This document shows positions 1 to 11,004 of a stretch of 64,000 bases of DNA, piece after piece. This DNA comes from Gloeobacterales cyanobacterium (GTDB lineage Bacteria; Cyanobacteriota; Cyanobacteriia; Gloeobacterales; PMM-0068): assembly GCA_038245785.1 (NCBI GenBank), contig JBBRSB010000005.1:97128-161127 (forward strand), written 5' to 3'. The notes under the pieces are model-generated. The model ran no database searches. It was given only the letters and a program-made list of their open reading frames with translations, and was not told the DNA's origin. Every line of letters starts with the position of its first letter. Within the stretch, counting starts at the first letter, position 1. A program made the position numbers and the translations under genes.

Positions 1-1172
1 CCGACCGCGAAAAAATTCTTAATGCCAAAACCAAAGGACCAAAACCACAGGTTATTTTCACCAGCTATGGCATCATCCGTCGTGACTATCTCCTGCTGAA
101 AGAAAATCCTTTTAGCTATGTGGTTTTAGACGAAGCCCAAAACATCAAAAATCCGGAATCAGTCGGTGCTCAGGCGGTCAAAGCGCTGCAAGCTAACCAC
201 ACTTTAGCGTTGAGCGGCACCCCTGTAGAAAATCGTCTGGGAGAGCTATGGTCCCTCTTTGATTTTCTGATGCCTGGCCACCTCAATACGCTGGTCCGCT
301 TTCAGGAAGAATTTGAAAAACCGATCAGCTTAGGGTTACCAGAAGCAGCCCAGAAACTACGACAAAGAGTGCAGCCCTTTATTTTGCGGCGTTTGAAAAC
401 GGATGTGGAAAAAGACCTGCCACGCAAAACTGAAATTATTAGCTACTGCGATTTAGGCACTCAGCAAAAAGCTCTGTACCAAAGGATGTTGGAAGCCTGC
501 CGAGACCAAATTTTTGGAGAAGTCGCCCAACGGGGCATCGCTGCTTCACAGATGTCTGTTCTTGCAGCCCTTTTGCGTCTGAGGCAAGTTTGCTGTGACC
601 CTCGTCTTGTGCAAGGGACAGACAGTGCTAAAGGCAAAAACTTTTCGTTAGACGATTCTGCCAAGCTTTTAGAGGTTATGGAATTTATTGAAACGCTAAT
701 CGCTGAAAAGCACCGTGTTCTGGTCTTTAGTCAGTTTGTACAGATGCTGACCTTAGTTCGGGAAGCACTGAATATCAGAGGCTATCGCTATGAATATTTA
801 GATGGACAAACGCCTCCAGAGCAACGGAAGGAAAAGGTCAATCGCTTCAATGGCGATGAGTCTATTCCTATCTTCTTGATTAGTCTTAAAGCGGGAGGCA
901 CCGGTCTGAACCTAACAGGAGCAGACTATGTCATTCACTATGATCCCTGGTGGAACCCTGCAGTAGAAGCGCAAGCGACAGATAGAGCCTATCGCATTGG
1001 TCAAACTCGCCCGGTATTTAGCTATAAATTTATTACCCGTGGCACCATTGAAGAGAAAGTTCTGAAGCTGCAACGCAGCAAAACAGAACTAGCAGAGATG
1101 GTATTAGGAACTGACCAATCTTTTGCAAAGACTCTAACTCAGAAAGACCTAGAGTTTCTGTTTGCTCCATAA
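1..1172 (+). CDS. SNF2/SWI2-family DEAD/DEAH helicase, 5'-truncated by window edge
   Basis: Motifs VLDEAQNIKN, LSGTPVENRL, LISLKAGGTGLNLT, QATDRAYRIGQ. The frame is open back to the window start, so GTG 120 is internal. Confidence 0.93.
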   Translation, partial: DREKILNAKTKGPKPQVIFTSYGIIRRDYLLLKENPFSYVVLDEAQNIKNPESVGAQAVKALQANHTLALSGTPVENRLGELWSLFDFLMPGHLNTLVRFQEEFEKPISLGLPEAAQKLRQRVQPFILRRLKTDVEKDLPRKTEIISYCDLGTQQKALYQRMLEACRDQIFGEVAQRGIAASQMSVLAALLRLRQVCCDPRLVQGTDSAKGKNFSLDDSAKLLEVMEFIETLIAEKHRVLVFSQFVQMLTLVREALNIRGYRYEYLDGQTPPEQRKEKVNRFNGDESIPIFLISLKAGGTGLNLTGADYVIHYDPWWNPAVEAQATDRAYRIGQTRPVFSYKFITRGTIEEKVLKLQRSKTELAEMVLGTDQSFAKTLTQKDLEFLFAP

Positions 1173-1277
1173 TCCTGGTTCAACTGAGTATATCCTAGGA
1201 AGTTGGTTTAACTAACCTCGCGGAATTCCCCAATTCGTCGATAATGAATTGGCAGAGTTAAGGGAGAATGAGGACTC

Positions 1278-1496
1278 ATGAGTCGATACAGCATGATTGT
1301 TCAATGGTCTGATAAAGACCAGCTTTTCCTAGTTACGATTCCAGAATTTGCTGATCTTGTTGTCATGCCTTGCACGCATGGGAAGACTCGTGAAGAAGCA
1401 ATTCGCAATAGAGAAGAAGTACTGGAAATGTACTTAGAAGCTTGGCAAGCAGAGGGTGAATCCATTCCCGAAGCTAGTACGCTGCAAATTGCATGA
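1278..1496 (+). CDS. hicB: HicB-family antitoxin (no intact hicA)
   Basis: YSMIVQWSDKDQLFLVTIPEF...CTHGKTREEAIRN...EGESIPE, the short HicB fold. Confidence 0.8.
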   Translation: MSRYSMIVQWSDKDQLFLVTIPEFADLVVMPCTHGKTREEAIRNREEVLEMYLEAWQAEGESIPEASTLQIA

Positions 1497-1511
1497 CTTT
1501 CTTTAGGAGGT

Positions 1512-2090
1512 TTAAGAATGCTGTTTTTTCAGCACTTGGACTTCTTGGTTAGTTAACAAACGGTAGGTCCCAGGTTCTAAGCCTTTAAGCGTTAATTCTC
1601 CAATCGCTACCCGCACCAATCGCAAAGTTGGAAAACCAACGGCAGCCGTCATCCGCCGCACCTGCCGATTTTTTCCCTCCGTCAAAATCAGCTCTATCCA
1701 AGAGGTGGGGATCGCCTTGCGGAAACGAATGGGCACAGTTCTGGGAGGCAAATTGGGCTCTTGGTCGAGTGCTCTTACGTGGGCCGGGCGTGTCTGATAG
1801 TTCTGGATAGTCACGCCCTTGCTGAGGGCTTGGATAGCCTGGGGATCAGGGATACCTTCTACCTGAGCCCAATAGGTTTTGGGATGATCAAATCGGGGAT
1901 CAGTGAGCCGATGGGCCAAAGGACCATCATTCGTCAATAGCAATAAACCTTCACTATCTTGGTCCAAACGACCTACGGGATAGACCCCAGGCTGATCGAT
2001 GTAGTCTTTTAGCGTAGAGCGGCCTTCCTGATCCGTGAATTGGGTGAGTACGCCATAGGGCTTCCAAAATAAAAGATAAGAGAATCCCAT
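1512..2090 (-). CDS. rRNA pseudouridine synthase (RsuA/RluE family)
   Basis: [34 protein letters not shown]. Confidence 0.92.
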   Translation of the reverse strand: MGFSYLLFWKPYGVLTQFTDQEGRSTLKDYIDQPGVYPVGRLDQDSEGLLLLTNDGPLAHRLTDPRFDHPKTYWAQVEGIPDPQAIQALSKGVTIQNYQTRPAHVRALDQEPNLPPRTVPIRFRKAIPTSWIELILTEGKNRQVRRMTAAVGFPTLRLVRVAIGELTLKGLEPGTYRLLTNQEVQVLKKQHS

Positions 2091-2096
2091 CGCCGT

Positions 2097-3389
2097 TTAG
2101 TTAGTTGCTCCCGTCATCATGTTTTGGAGTTCAATTAAGCGCTTCACCTCATAATGTACTTCACGGGGATAAACGAGCCAAACGCGGGCATTGGTCAAAA
2201 TTAAAGATTTCACCAGCGAAGAAGCTTCAGCAATCTCTATCAATCCCTCGTCGGTTTGCAAAAAGATACCCCTGTCATAAAGGCTATAGCCCTTAGCCTG
2301 AGAAGTAACCAGGCCAAAATGACTATCGGGATCATAGCCCAAAGACTTGGCCTTAGCCTGTAAGCGGTCTAGGAGGCCCAATCGCTGCTCAGATCTTAGG
2401 TTTGTCACCTCCCAAGCTTTCGGTAAGTTGCGGTCTAGATAGCGCGTACAGAGGTCTGCTAACAAAGGATCATCGGTCCGAGACCAGAGCTGGATGTGAT
2501 AGCTAAACACCACATCATCCGCATGCAAATAATCGTCCAAGGTCCAGGCACTGGGTAATTTGCCCAACCAGGCAGCTAGCACAGCATCCGCTTCTAGGGT
2601 TCCCTGCTTGAAGAGTACTGCCGCTCTTTTGAAAATACTCGCTAAGACTAAGCGGGCACAGAGATTTTTGGGGTGGTTGTACACTTGGGAATACATGAAA
2701 TAGCGCACGACCAAGTAGTGCTCTATAGCCACCAGTCCCTTACGACCGCGCACGACCAGCATTCCGCTTTCAGGCTCATAGGCCAGAGCATTGATGATTC
2801 GGTCCAAATCTAAGTGGCCATACTGTGCTCCGGTGAAATAACTATCGCGCAAGAGATAATCCAGGCGGTCACAGTCCAATTGACCGGAGATCAGTTGTGC
2901 CAAAAGAGGAAGCGGTGCTTGCTTTTGTAGTAATTGGCAAATTTGCTCCGGCAGTTCAGGGTCAAAAGAACAGAGGAGTTGATGAACTTTGGTATCTTCT
3001 CTGAGCAAACGCATGGTCCATTGCTCGTGGTCAAAGTGAAAAACTTCTTCACTGGCGTGGCTAAACGGTCCATGGCCCAAGTCATGTAAGAGCGCGGCAC
3101 AAAGCACTAAGGCACGATAGGAAGCGAGTTCAGGATTTTCGGCAATCAATCGGTCAAACACCCGACGTGCCACCGCTAAAACTCCTAAAGCATGGGTAAA
3201 GCGAGAACCTTCTGCTCCATGAAAGGTCAAATTAGCGACGTCCAACTGCCGGATTCTGCGTAGACGTTGAAATTCTGAACTGTCTACGAGCTGAATCAAG
3301 AGAGATTCGATCGGATCCTTGGCATTGAGGTGAACCGCTCCATGAATCGGATCATGATATGTACGTGATTTTTGAGATGTGAGTATCAT
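2097..3389 (-). CDS. HD-domain phosphohydrolase (dNTPase/YdhJ-like)
   Basis: DPIHG, FQRLRRIRQL, SRFTHALG, ALLHDLGHGPFSH, LDCDRLDYLLRD. Confidence 0.9.
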   Translation of the reverse strand: MILTSQKSRTYHDPIHGAVHLNAKDPIESLLIQLVDSSEFQRLRRIRQLDVANLTFHGAEGSRFTHALGVLAVARRVFDRLIAENPELASYRALVLCAALLHDLGHGPFSHASEEVFHFDHEQWTMRLLREDTKVHQLLCSFDPELPEQICQLLQKQAPLPLLAQLISGQLDCDRLDYLLRDSYFTGAQYGHLDLDRIINALAYEPESGMLVVRGRKGLVAIEHYLVVRYFMYSQVYNHPKNLCARLVLASIFKRAAVLFKQGTLEADAVLAAWLGKLPSAWTLDDYLHADDVVFSYHIQLWSRTDDPLLADLCTRYLDRNLPKAWEVTNLRSEQRLGLLDRLQAKAKSLGYDPDSHFGLVTSQAKGYSLYDRGIFLQTDEGLIEIAEASSLVKSLILTNARVWLVYPREVHYEVKRLIELQNMMTGATN

Positions 3390-3527
3390 GAATGGCCACA
3401 GAGACTGATATGTAGCCTCTCCTGTCCTATCACCCTATCTTATTGGACTCAAGAGCTGAAACAGGCTGTGATAGGATTTTTGTCCATAGGTGTCTTAGCT
3501 TCCTCACTACGAATAAAAATACATTTC

Positions 3528-4229
3528 ATGCTTACTGCCTCTTCAGTGCATCAGGTCATATTCAAAGGCTCTCCCGAGGGTCTAAGGCTATATTTGCCAG
3601 AAGACACGGCCTTTGATGAGGTCCTCCTTCAGCTCCAACAGCGTATCGACGCCGGAGAACGTCTTTGGAGTGGAGGAGGTAAAGTATTTCTAGAATGCGG
3701 GCAACGGCTTTTAGACGGTGCCCAAATTCAGGCCGTTCAACAATTGTTACAGTCTCATCAGCTCAGGCTGACTCAGGTTGGAACGACTAGACATCAAACA
3801 GCGGTAGCTGCAGCCGTAGCTGGATTATCCGTTGACCGAGACCTGGAAGAGATACAACCCATTCAGGCATCGAGCATCACAGTCGCCGAAGATCCGCTCT
3901 ATTTGCAGCAAACTATCCGTTCTGGGGTGCAGATTGTTCATAACGGAACCATCGTAGTGTTAGGAGATGTAAACCCTGGTGGAGAACTTTTAGCTCAGGG
4001 GGATATCCTGGTGTGGGGTTCTTTGCGGGGTACTGCCCACGCAGGGACTAAGGGGAATGAAAAAGCGCTGATCATGGCTCTGAATCTAGCTCCTATGCAG
4101 CTTAGGATTGCTAAGTACGTTGCCCGTGCTCCTGAAGACAACCCTGCCCCTGGGCAAGCGGAAGTGGCATATATCAGTGAAGGGACTATTAGAATCGCGC
4201 TGTTGTCTGAATATGGCCGGAGACGTTAA
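3528..4229 (+). CDS. minC: Septum site-determining protein MinC
   Basis: TIRSG...VVLGDVNPGGE...GDILVWGSLRGTAHAG; directly upstream of minD. ATG 3528 preferred because the ORF-track start overlaps the divergent HD gene. Confidence 0.9.
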   Translation: MLTASSVHQVIFKGSPEGLRLYLPEDTAFDEVLLQLQQRIDAGERLWSGGGKVFLECGQRLLDGAQIQAVQQLLQSHQLRLTQVGTTRHQTAVAAAVAGLSVDRDLEEIQPIQASSITVAEDPLYLQQTIRSGVQIVHNGTIVVLGDVNPGGELLAQGDILVWGSLRGTAHAGTKGNEKALIMALNLAPMQLRIAKYVARAPEDNPAPGQAEVAYISEGTIRIALLSEYGRRR

Positions 4230-4268
4230 ATTCGGCGAGATCCTGTGAATCGGTGAAGTTGAAAAGAG

Positions 4269-5099
4269 GTGGAAGAATTGAGCACAAGCGGAAAAGTCAT
4301 TGTCATTACTTCAGGCAAAGGTGGAGTCGGGAAAACTACGACTTCAGCCAATTTAGGAATGGCCTTGGCATCCATGGGCAAGAAAGTAGTCTTGGTGGAT
4401 GCTGACTTCGGTCTGAGGAATTTAGATCTACTCCTGGGTCTGGAAAATCGCGTTGTTTATACCATTCTTGATGCTTTGTCTGAAAATGAGAGCGACCGCT
4501 GTCGTCTAGACCAGGCTCTGATTAAAGATAAACGCCAGCCTAATCTAGCGCTCCTCCCAGCCGCCCAGACGCGGGACAAATCGGCGATTACGCCCGAACA
4601 GATGAAGAGCGTTACGGCAGAGTTGACGGAGTCCTATGATTTCGTGCTGGTAGACTGTCCTGCTGGTATTGAACAAGGTTTTAAAAATGCGATTGCAGGA
4701 GCTTCAGAAGCGATTGTAGTCACCACCCCTGAAGTTTCTGCGGTGCGGGATGCCGACCGAGTGATTGGTTTGATGGAAGCCTCTGGCCTCAAGCATCCCC
4801 GCTTGATCCTCAATCGCTTACGCCCTCACATGGTCGAAGAAAACAACATGATGTCTGTAGAGGACGTGTTGGATATTTTGGCGATCAAGCTCCTAGGCGT
4901 CGTGCCCGAAGACGAGCAAGTTATCATCACGACTAACAAAGGAGAACCGATGGTTCTTTCTGCTACGCCTACTCAAGCAGCTCAGGCTTTCTTGAATATT
5001 GCGCGTCGCATGCTGGGAGAAGACGTCCCCTTTCTTTCCCTACAAGTACCTGATCCTGGCTTTATGGGTAAGCTAAAAGCCTTATTTCGTCGTCGTTAA
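4269..5099 (+). CDS. minD: Septum site-determining ATPase MinD
   Basis: Deviant Walker A SGKGGVGKTT, DFGLRNLDLLLGLE, DCPAGIE, C-terminal amphipathic GFMGKLKALFRRR. Confidence 0.97.
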   Translation: MEELSTSGKVIVITSGKGGVGKTTTSANLGMALASMGKKVVLVDADFGLRNLDLLLGLENRVVYTILDALSENESDRCRLDQALIKDKRQPNLALLPAAQTRDKSAITPEQMKSVTAELTESYDFVLVDCPAGIEQGFKNAIAGASEAIVVTTPEVSAVRDADRVIGLMEASGLKHPRLILNRLRPHMVEENNMMSVEDVLDILAIKLLGVVPEDEQVIITTNKGEPMVLSATPTQAAQAFLNIARRMLGEDVPFLSLQVPDPGFMGKLKALFRRR

Positions 5100-5127
5100 T
5101 CGTCAATTAATTGTGGATTAGACTCAG

Positions 5128-5481
5128 ATGGTATTCGATCTCCTAGACAAACTATTCACCCGTGGGCAACCCAATAGCCGTCAACAGGCCTGTGACCGCC
5201 TCAAGATGGTCCTAGCCTATGACCGCACTGCTGATATTTCCTCAGAGACAATGGAAAACATGCGGCGTGAAATCCTGCAGGTAGTCAAACGTTATTTTGA
5301 ACTCCAGGATGATGAGCTAGAAGTCGGTCTTGAGCGCAGTGGCAGCGCTACAGCCTTAATCGCCAACATTCCAATCCGGCGAGTCCGCCCCGGAGATGAC
5401 ACAGGTGCATTTTTGGCCACTGCGACCAAGTTAGAGGAAAAGGGCCTATCTGAAGAATCTTCTAAGATAAAAGAAGAATAG
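5128..5481 (+). CDS. minE: Cell division topological specificity factor MinE
   Basis: ACDRLKMVLAYDR, MRREILQVVKRY, ALIANIPIRRV; follows minD. Confidence 0.93.
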   Translation: MVFDLLDKLFTRGQPNSRQQACDRLKMVLAYDRTADISSETMENMRREILQVVKRYFELQDDELEVGLERSGSATALIANIPIRRVRPGDDTGAFLATATKLEEKGLSEESSKIKEE

Positions 5482-5612
5482 ATTTTTCAAGTCTGAGGCT
5501 GTAGTTTTTGAGCGATGCCTCTTCCTTCATAGATAATGTGCAAAAGCAGACAGAGTACACTGGGCATAATCTAGATTCTGTTCAATTCGTCTTGAATCAG
5601 TAAGGAGCAATC

Positions 5613-6525
<913 letters not shown>

Positions 6526-6638
6526 TCAACGAAAGCATTCGGAATCTTAGATGAAAGTATTAAAGTTTGCTGCTGATTCCGATAAGTAATGTTACATCGC
6601 CTGTGGTATATTTGGGTCGACTCAAGCACTGGACCTTC

Positions 6639-7052
6639 ATGCAGGCTGATCCGCTTAGGGATAACCCGCAATCCGTAAAGTCTGAAGTTGATTCCATGAG
6701 GCAATTCGCTGATTATCAGCGCAAACTTATGGTAATTACTGCTGCTTTGGGGGTAGCGGTTGCTCTTTGTGTCTGGCCTGTTTATGGGATCAATGCTGCC
6801 GTTAGTTTCCTCTTGGGTTCTGCTGTAGGCACTGCCTACTTCGGCCTTTTGGGGAGGCATGTAGAACGCTTAGGTAAGGGTAGAGACCGGCTCGGACAAC
6901 TCCGTTTTGTAGTGGTTGCTGTCACCTTTATTCTTGCGCTGCGTTGGGAAGTGTTGGACTTTCTGCCTACTTTTCTTGGTTTTCTGACCATAAAAGTGGC
7001 GATTCTTGTAGATGGTCTCTGGACTATCTACAAAGATTCGGTAAAAAGCTGA
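6639..7052 (+). CDS. atpI: ATP synthase protein I (Atp1/UncI)
   Basis: Small 4-TM protein heading the atp operon; LDFLPTFLGFLTIKVA. Start at ATG 6639 is inferred. Confidence 0.82.
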   Translation: MQADPLRDNPQSVKSEVDSMRQFADYQRKLMVITAALGVAVALCVWPVYGINAAVSFLLGSAVGTAYFGLLGRHVERLGKGRDRLGQLRFVVVAVTFILALRWEVLDFLPTFLGFLTIKVAILVDGLWTIYKDSVKS

Positions 7053-7095
7053 AGTTCCAGTAATCTACTGAATATAAAAGTCTGGGAAAGACGCT

Positions 7096-7836
7096 ATGTA
7101 TCATCCATATTTACCTTCATATCCCCTTGTGGCCGGCAGCTTAGAGGTCGGTAAGCACCTAAATTGGGAGCTTGGCCCCTTCGTGGTCCATGGAGAGACG
7201 ATGATTACGACCTGGATGGTCATGAGCATCCTAATCGCAGGCATGTTTCTTGCTTCCCGCAAGCTCCAGCGTGTCCCCAGTGGTGGGCAAGCTTTCTTGG
7301 AGTACGCCTACGATTTTGTTCTTGGAATCGCTAGAGACCAGATTGGTCCGAAAGCGTACAAAGCGTGGTTGCCTCTCACGGGCACTATTTTCTTGTTCGT
7401 TTTTATATCCAACTGGTTGGGTCAGCTTCCTCTGAAGATTGTTCATCTTCCTGAAGGAGAGTTGGCTTCGCCTACCAACAACATCAATACGACGGTCGCG
7501 CTCGCGCTGATTGTGAGTGCAGCCTATTTTTATGCCGGAATTAAGAAGAAAGGTTTGAGCTATTTCAAGCACTATGTAGAGCCTTTTCCCGTCTTCCTCC
7601 CCCTCAAGGTTTTGGAAGACTTCATCAGACCATTGTCCCTGAGCTTCCGTTTGTTTGGAAACATCCTGGCTGAAGAACTCACACTCGGGGTTTTGATTCT
7701 GTTGGTTCCGTTGTTTGTTCCCCTGCCGATGATGCTTTTGTTCCTCTTTACCGGAGCAATTCAGGCCCTCATCTTTTCTACTTTGGCAGCGGCATACATC
7801 GGAGAGGCCATGCATGAAGAGCATGAAGAGCACTAG
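7096..7836 (+). CDS. atpB: F0 subunit a
   Basis: [45 protein letters not shown]. Confidence 0.97.
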   Translation: MYHPYLPSYPLVAGSLEVGKHLNWELGPFVVHGETMITTWMVMSILIAGMFLASRKLQRVPSGGQAFLEYAYDFVLGIARDQIGPKAYKAWLPLTGTIFLFVFISNWLGQLPLKIVHLPEGELASPTNNINTTVALALIVSAAYFYAGIKKKGLSYFKHYVEPFPVFLPLKVLEDFIRPLSLSFRLFGNILAEELTLGVLILLVPLFVPLPMMLLFLFTGAIQALIFSTLAAAYIGEAMHEEHEEH

Positions 7837-7888
7837 CTTTCAAAGTTTTTTGTCGCACATTGCTGGACACAGTTTTCAAGGAGGATGA

Positions 7889-8236
<348 letters not shown>

Positions 8237-8250
8237 GGGCTCAAACTTTG

Positions 8251-8277
8251 GTCCATGGGGTCTTTCCCTATGGGCCT
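8251..8277 (+). terminator. Stem-loop after atpE (transcript-stabilising or attenuating hairpin)
   Basis: GGTCCATGGGG-TCTT-TCCCTATGGGCC imperfect inverted repeat. Confidence 0.45.
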
Positions 8278-8339
8278 GAGACTATCGTTGGCAATTGGTT
8301 GATAGCTGGGATTACCTGGTACTTCGTGGAAATAAAGTA

Positions 8340-8855
8340 ATGGAACACTTGCTAGATGCGAGTTTATATGTCCTTGCTGCAGAGACTGCAGCAGGTGGAG
8401 AGGCTAAAGGCGGACTTTTTACTTTCAATGCCACCCTCTTAGTTCAGATTGCTCAGTTTTTATTCCTTCTGGTAGTCATGAACGCCCTCTTCTTCAAACC
8501 CATCAGTAAGGTTTTAGATGAGCGGCGGGATTACATCCAAAGCAACCGTCGGGGTAGCATAGACCGTTTAGAAGAAGCTAAAAAACTAACGGCAAAATAT
8601 GAGGCTGAGTTAGGAGAGACGCGCCAGCAGGCTCGTGATGTCATAGCTAAAGCAGAAGCCGAAGCCAAAGCTAGCGGATCCGAGATTCTGGCCAAAGCCC
8701 AACAGGAAGCGAGTGCTCGCATGGCTCAAGCTGCTCAAGAAGTTGAACGTCAGCGTCAAGAAGCCCTCAAATCTCTGGAGAGTGAAGTACCCATACTAAG
8801 TCGTCAAATTGCCGAAAAATTGCTCAGCACTGCTGGGCGTAATGGGCAGCCATAG
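8340..8855 (+). CDS. atpG: F0 subunit b'
   Basis: GGLFTFNATL, LFFKPISKVLDER, coiled coil. Start ATG 8340 is inferred. Confidence 0.92.
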   Translation: MEHLLDASLYVLAAETAAGGEAKGGLFTFNATLLVQIAQFLFLLVVMNALFFKPISKVLDERRDYIQSNRRGSIDRLEEAKKLTAKYEAELGETRQQARDVIAKAEAEAKASGSEILAKAQQEASARMAQAAQEVERQRQEALKSLESEVPILSRQIAEKLLSTAGRNGQP

Positions 8856-8864
8856 GAGAATGAG

Positions 8865-9389
8865 ATGAGTTTGGCCTTGCCTATACTTTTGAGTGAAGCG
8901 GAAGCGGGATCCTTTGGTCTCAACTTCAACATTTTTGAAATCAATCTAATCAACTTTGTAATTGTTCTCTGTTTCCTCATCTACGCAGGAAGAGGTTTTC
9001 TCGGAAAAACCCTAGGAGAGCGCAGAGCCCAGATTGAAGAGGAAATCAGAACGGCCGAAGAAGCAAAAGCGGCAGCCGAAAAAGAGCTTGCTCAAGCAAA
9101 GCGGAATCTAGCCCAAGCCCAACAAGAAGCTCAACAGGTTCTGGCTAGAGGTCAAGAAAATGCTCAGCAGGTCCGAGTCAAGATTTTAGAAGATTCTGAG
9201 AAAGAGGCTGCACGGCTTCAAGAGTCTGCCCTAAAAGATATTGAGGGTGAGCGTCAACGGGTGATTGCACAGTTGAGAGCAACATTGGTGATGGATGCCC
9301 TAGCTTTAGCAGAGCAACAGCTTCCTTCTCAACTTACGGACGATACCCAACGTCGTCTTCTGGACCAAAGTATCAATCTTCTAGGTTAG
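8865..9389 (+). CDS. atpF: F0 subunit b
   Basis: FGLNFNIFEINLIN N-terminus, TM helix, coiled coil. Confidence 0.93.
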   Translation: MSLALPILLSEAEAGSFGLNFNIFEINLINFVIVLCFLIYAGRGFLGKTLGERRAQIEEEIRTAEEAKAAAEKELAQAKRNLAQAQQEAQQVLARGQENAQQVRVKILEDSEKEAARLQESALKDIEGERQRVIAQLRATLVMDALALAEQQLPSQLTDDTQRRLLDQSINLLG

Positions 9390-9402
9390 GAGTAGCGTTC
9401 TT

Positions 9403-9948
9403 GTGTCTACCAAGCTAAGTGAACAGGTGAGTGAACGTTATGCTGGGGCATTTTTAGACCTGGGCAAGTCACAGAATTTAGTGGATCCATTCGGTGATGA
9501 TGCAACTTTAATCCTGGCTGTTCTGGAGAAGACTCCAGAATTTATGGAATTTCTGAAAAGTCCAGTGCTTAAAGCTGCTGTCAAAAAAGCTGCTTTGGAT
9601 TCAGCACTAAAAGATAAAGTTCATCTCTTTACCTTGAATTTCCTGCAGATTTTGGTAGACCGCAGACGCATCTTTTATATGGATGCTATTCTCCAACGCT
9701 ATTTAGACCTGCTTCGTACCTATCGCAACATTACCCTGGCCGAAGTTACTTCAGCGACCACGCTCAGTCCTGAGCAAGAGCAGACGCTCCGCGAGCGGGT
9801 GAGTAAGATGTCCGGCTCCAGCAATGTAGAGCTAAACATCAAAGTTGACCCTCGATTGTTGGGTGGCATGATTGTAAAGGTGGGCGATAAGGTGATTGAT
9901 GCCAGCCTGAAAGGTCAATTGCGTAAACTCGCACTCCAACTAACTTAG
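9403..9948 (+). CDS. atpH: F1 subunit delta
   Basis: RYAGAF, NFLQILVDRRR, AEVTSA, LLGGMIVKVGDKVIDASLKGQL. Confidence 0.95.
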   Translation: MSTKLSEQVSERYAGAFLDLGKSQNLVDPFGDDATLILAVLEKTPEFMEFLKSPVLKAAVKKAALDSALKDKVHLFTLNFLQILVDRRRIFYMDAILQRYLDLLRTYRNITLAEVTSATTLSPEQEQTLRERVSKMSGSSNVELNIKVDPRLLGGMIVKVGDKVIDASLKGQLRKLALQLT

Positions 9949-9955
9949 CCAAATC

Positions 9956-10069
9956 ACTTAGTAGGTGGGCTTAATTAAAGCGAACATGACCCCCGGCTAT
10001 CGCCGTCCCCCTTGGCAAGGGGGACTACAGGGGGTCTTCTATTTACTTCCACCTAGTTACTTAGTAGGT
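9956..10069. repeat. Small palindromic dispersed element flanked by 11-bp direct repeats
   Basis: ACTTAGTAGGT at 9956-9966 and 10059-10069; GC-rich branched hairpin core 9988-10036. Confidence 0.65.
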
Positions 10070-10074
10070 TTTTT

Positions 10075-11004
10075 ATGGCGGGGCTGATTGTCATCTGTGG
10101 CCCCACTGCCACAGGGAAGACAGCCTTAGCCGTTCATTTAGGAACAGTCTTTAAGGCCCCAGTACTCTCTGCGGATTCTCGCCAAGTGTATCGGGGTTTT
10201 AATGTTGGTACAGCCAAGCCAACACTGGGAGAACAAGCGGGTGTGCCTCACTTTCTGATCGACATTGCCGACCCAAGAGAAACCTATACCGCAGCTCGAT
10301 TCCAACAGGAAGCAACGGCCCTGATTCACACGTTCCATCAGCAGGGGATTACTCCTATTTTGGCTGGCGGAACAGGACTCTATATCCAATCGGTGACCGA
10401 GGGACTAGTCATTCCTTCAGTTGCACCTGATCCTGTTATACGAGAACTGCTAGCTAGCAAACCTCTGACAGCGTTGCGAGCAGAACTCTTAAGCAAAGAT
10501 CCAGAAGCGGCACTCAGCATTCACCCAAATGACCGTTTGCGGACTAGTCGAGCCTTGGAAGTTTGGTACACGACTGGAAAACCATTAAGCAGTCAAAAAG
10601 GACGAAATCCTCCGAGTTATCCGATACTTTATTTAGGCTTAGATACTCCCAACCGAGCCGTATTGCAGCGGCGGATTGAATCGCGTACTCGAACCATGGT
10701 AGACAAAGGACTTCTGGAAGAGATCCACGGCTTAGGGACACAATATGGCCAAAATTTATCGCTTTTAGAAACGCTAGGCTATAGAGAATTCAGGAAGCAT
10801 CTCCACAAAGAATGCACCTTAGAAGAAGCAGTCCAACAAACCATTCTGCACACCCGCCAGTTTGCGAAACGGCAAACCACTTGGTTTAAAGCCAATCCCC
10901 ACACACTATGGTTTGATATTGCCAATCATGACTTTGAGCAGTTGACTGATAAAACAGAAGAGTTAGTTCATGATTGGTTGCGCAAGACTCACATTGAACT
11001 CTAA
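10075..11004 (+). CDS. miaA: tRNA dimethylallyltransferase
   Basis: GPTATGKT, SADSRQVYRG, VGTAKP, GGTGLY, TRQFAKRQTTWF. Confidence 0.96.
   Translation: MAGLIVICGPTATGKTALAVHLGTVFKAPVLSADSRQVYRGFNVGTAKPTLGEQAGVPHFLIDIADPRETYTAARFQQEATALIHTFHQQGITPILAGGTGLYIQSVTEGLVIPSVAPDPVIRELLASKPLTALRAELLSKDPEAALSIHPNDRLRTSRALEVWYTTGKPLSSQKGRNPPSYPILYLGLDTPNRAVLQRRIESRTRTMVDKGLLEEIHGLGTQYGQNLSLLETLGYREFRKHLHKECTLEEAVQQTILHTRQFAKRQTTWFKANPHTLWFDIANHDFEQLTDKTEELVHDWLRKTHIEL

Noticed and set aside
3372..3527. N-terminal extensions of MinC and similarly of ORFs at 17956, 33842, 44866, 53033
   Set aside because: Longest-ORF artefacts that overlap neighbours or precede the family-typical start.
7231..7833. 200-aa antisense ORF and the many other 60-140-aa shadow ORFs
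   Set aside because: They lie opposite or inside well-supported genes and have no recognisable motifs.
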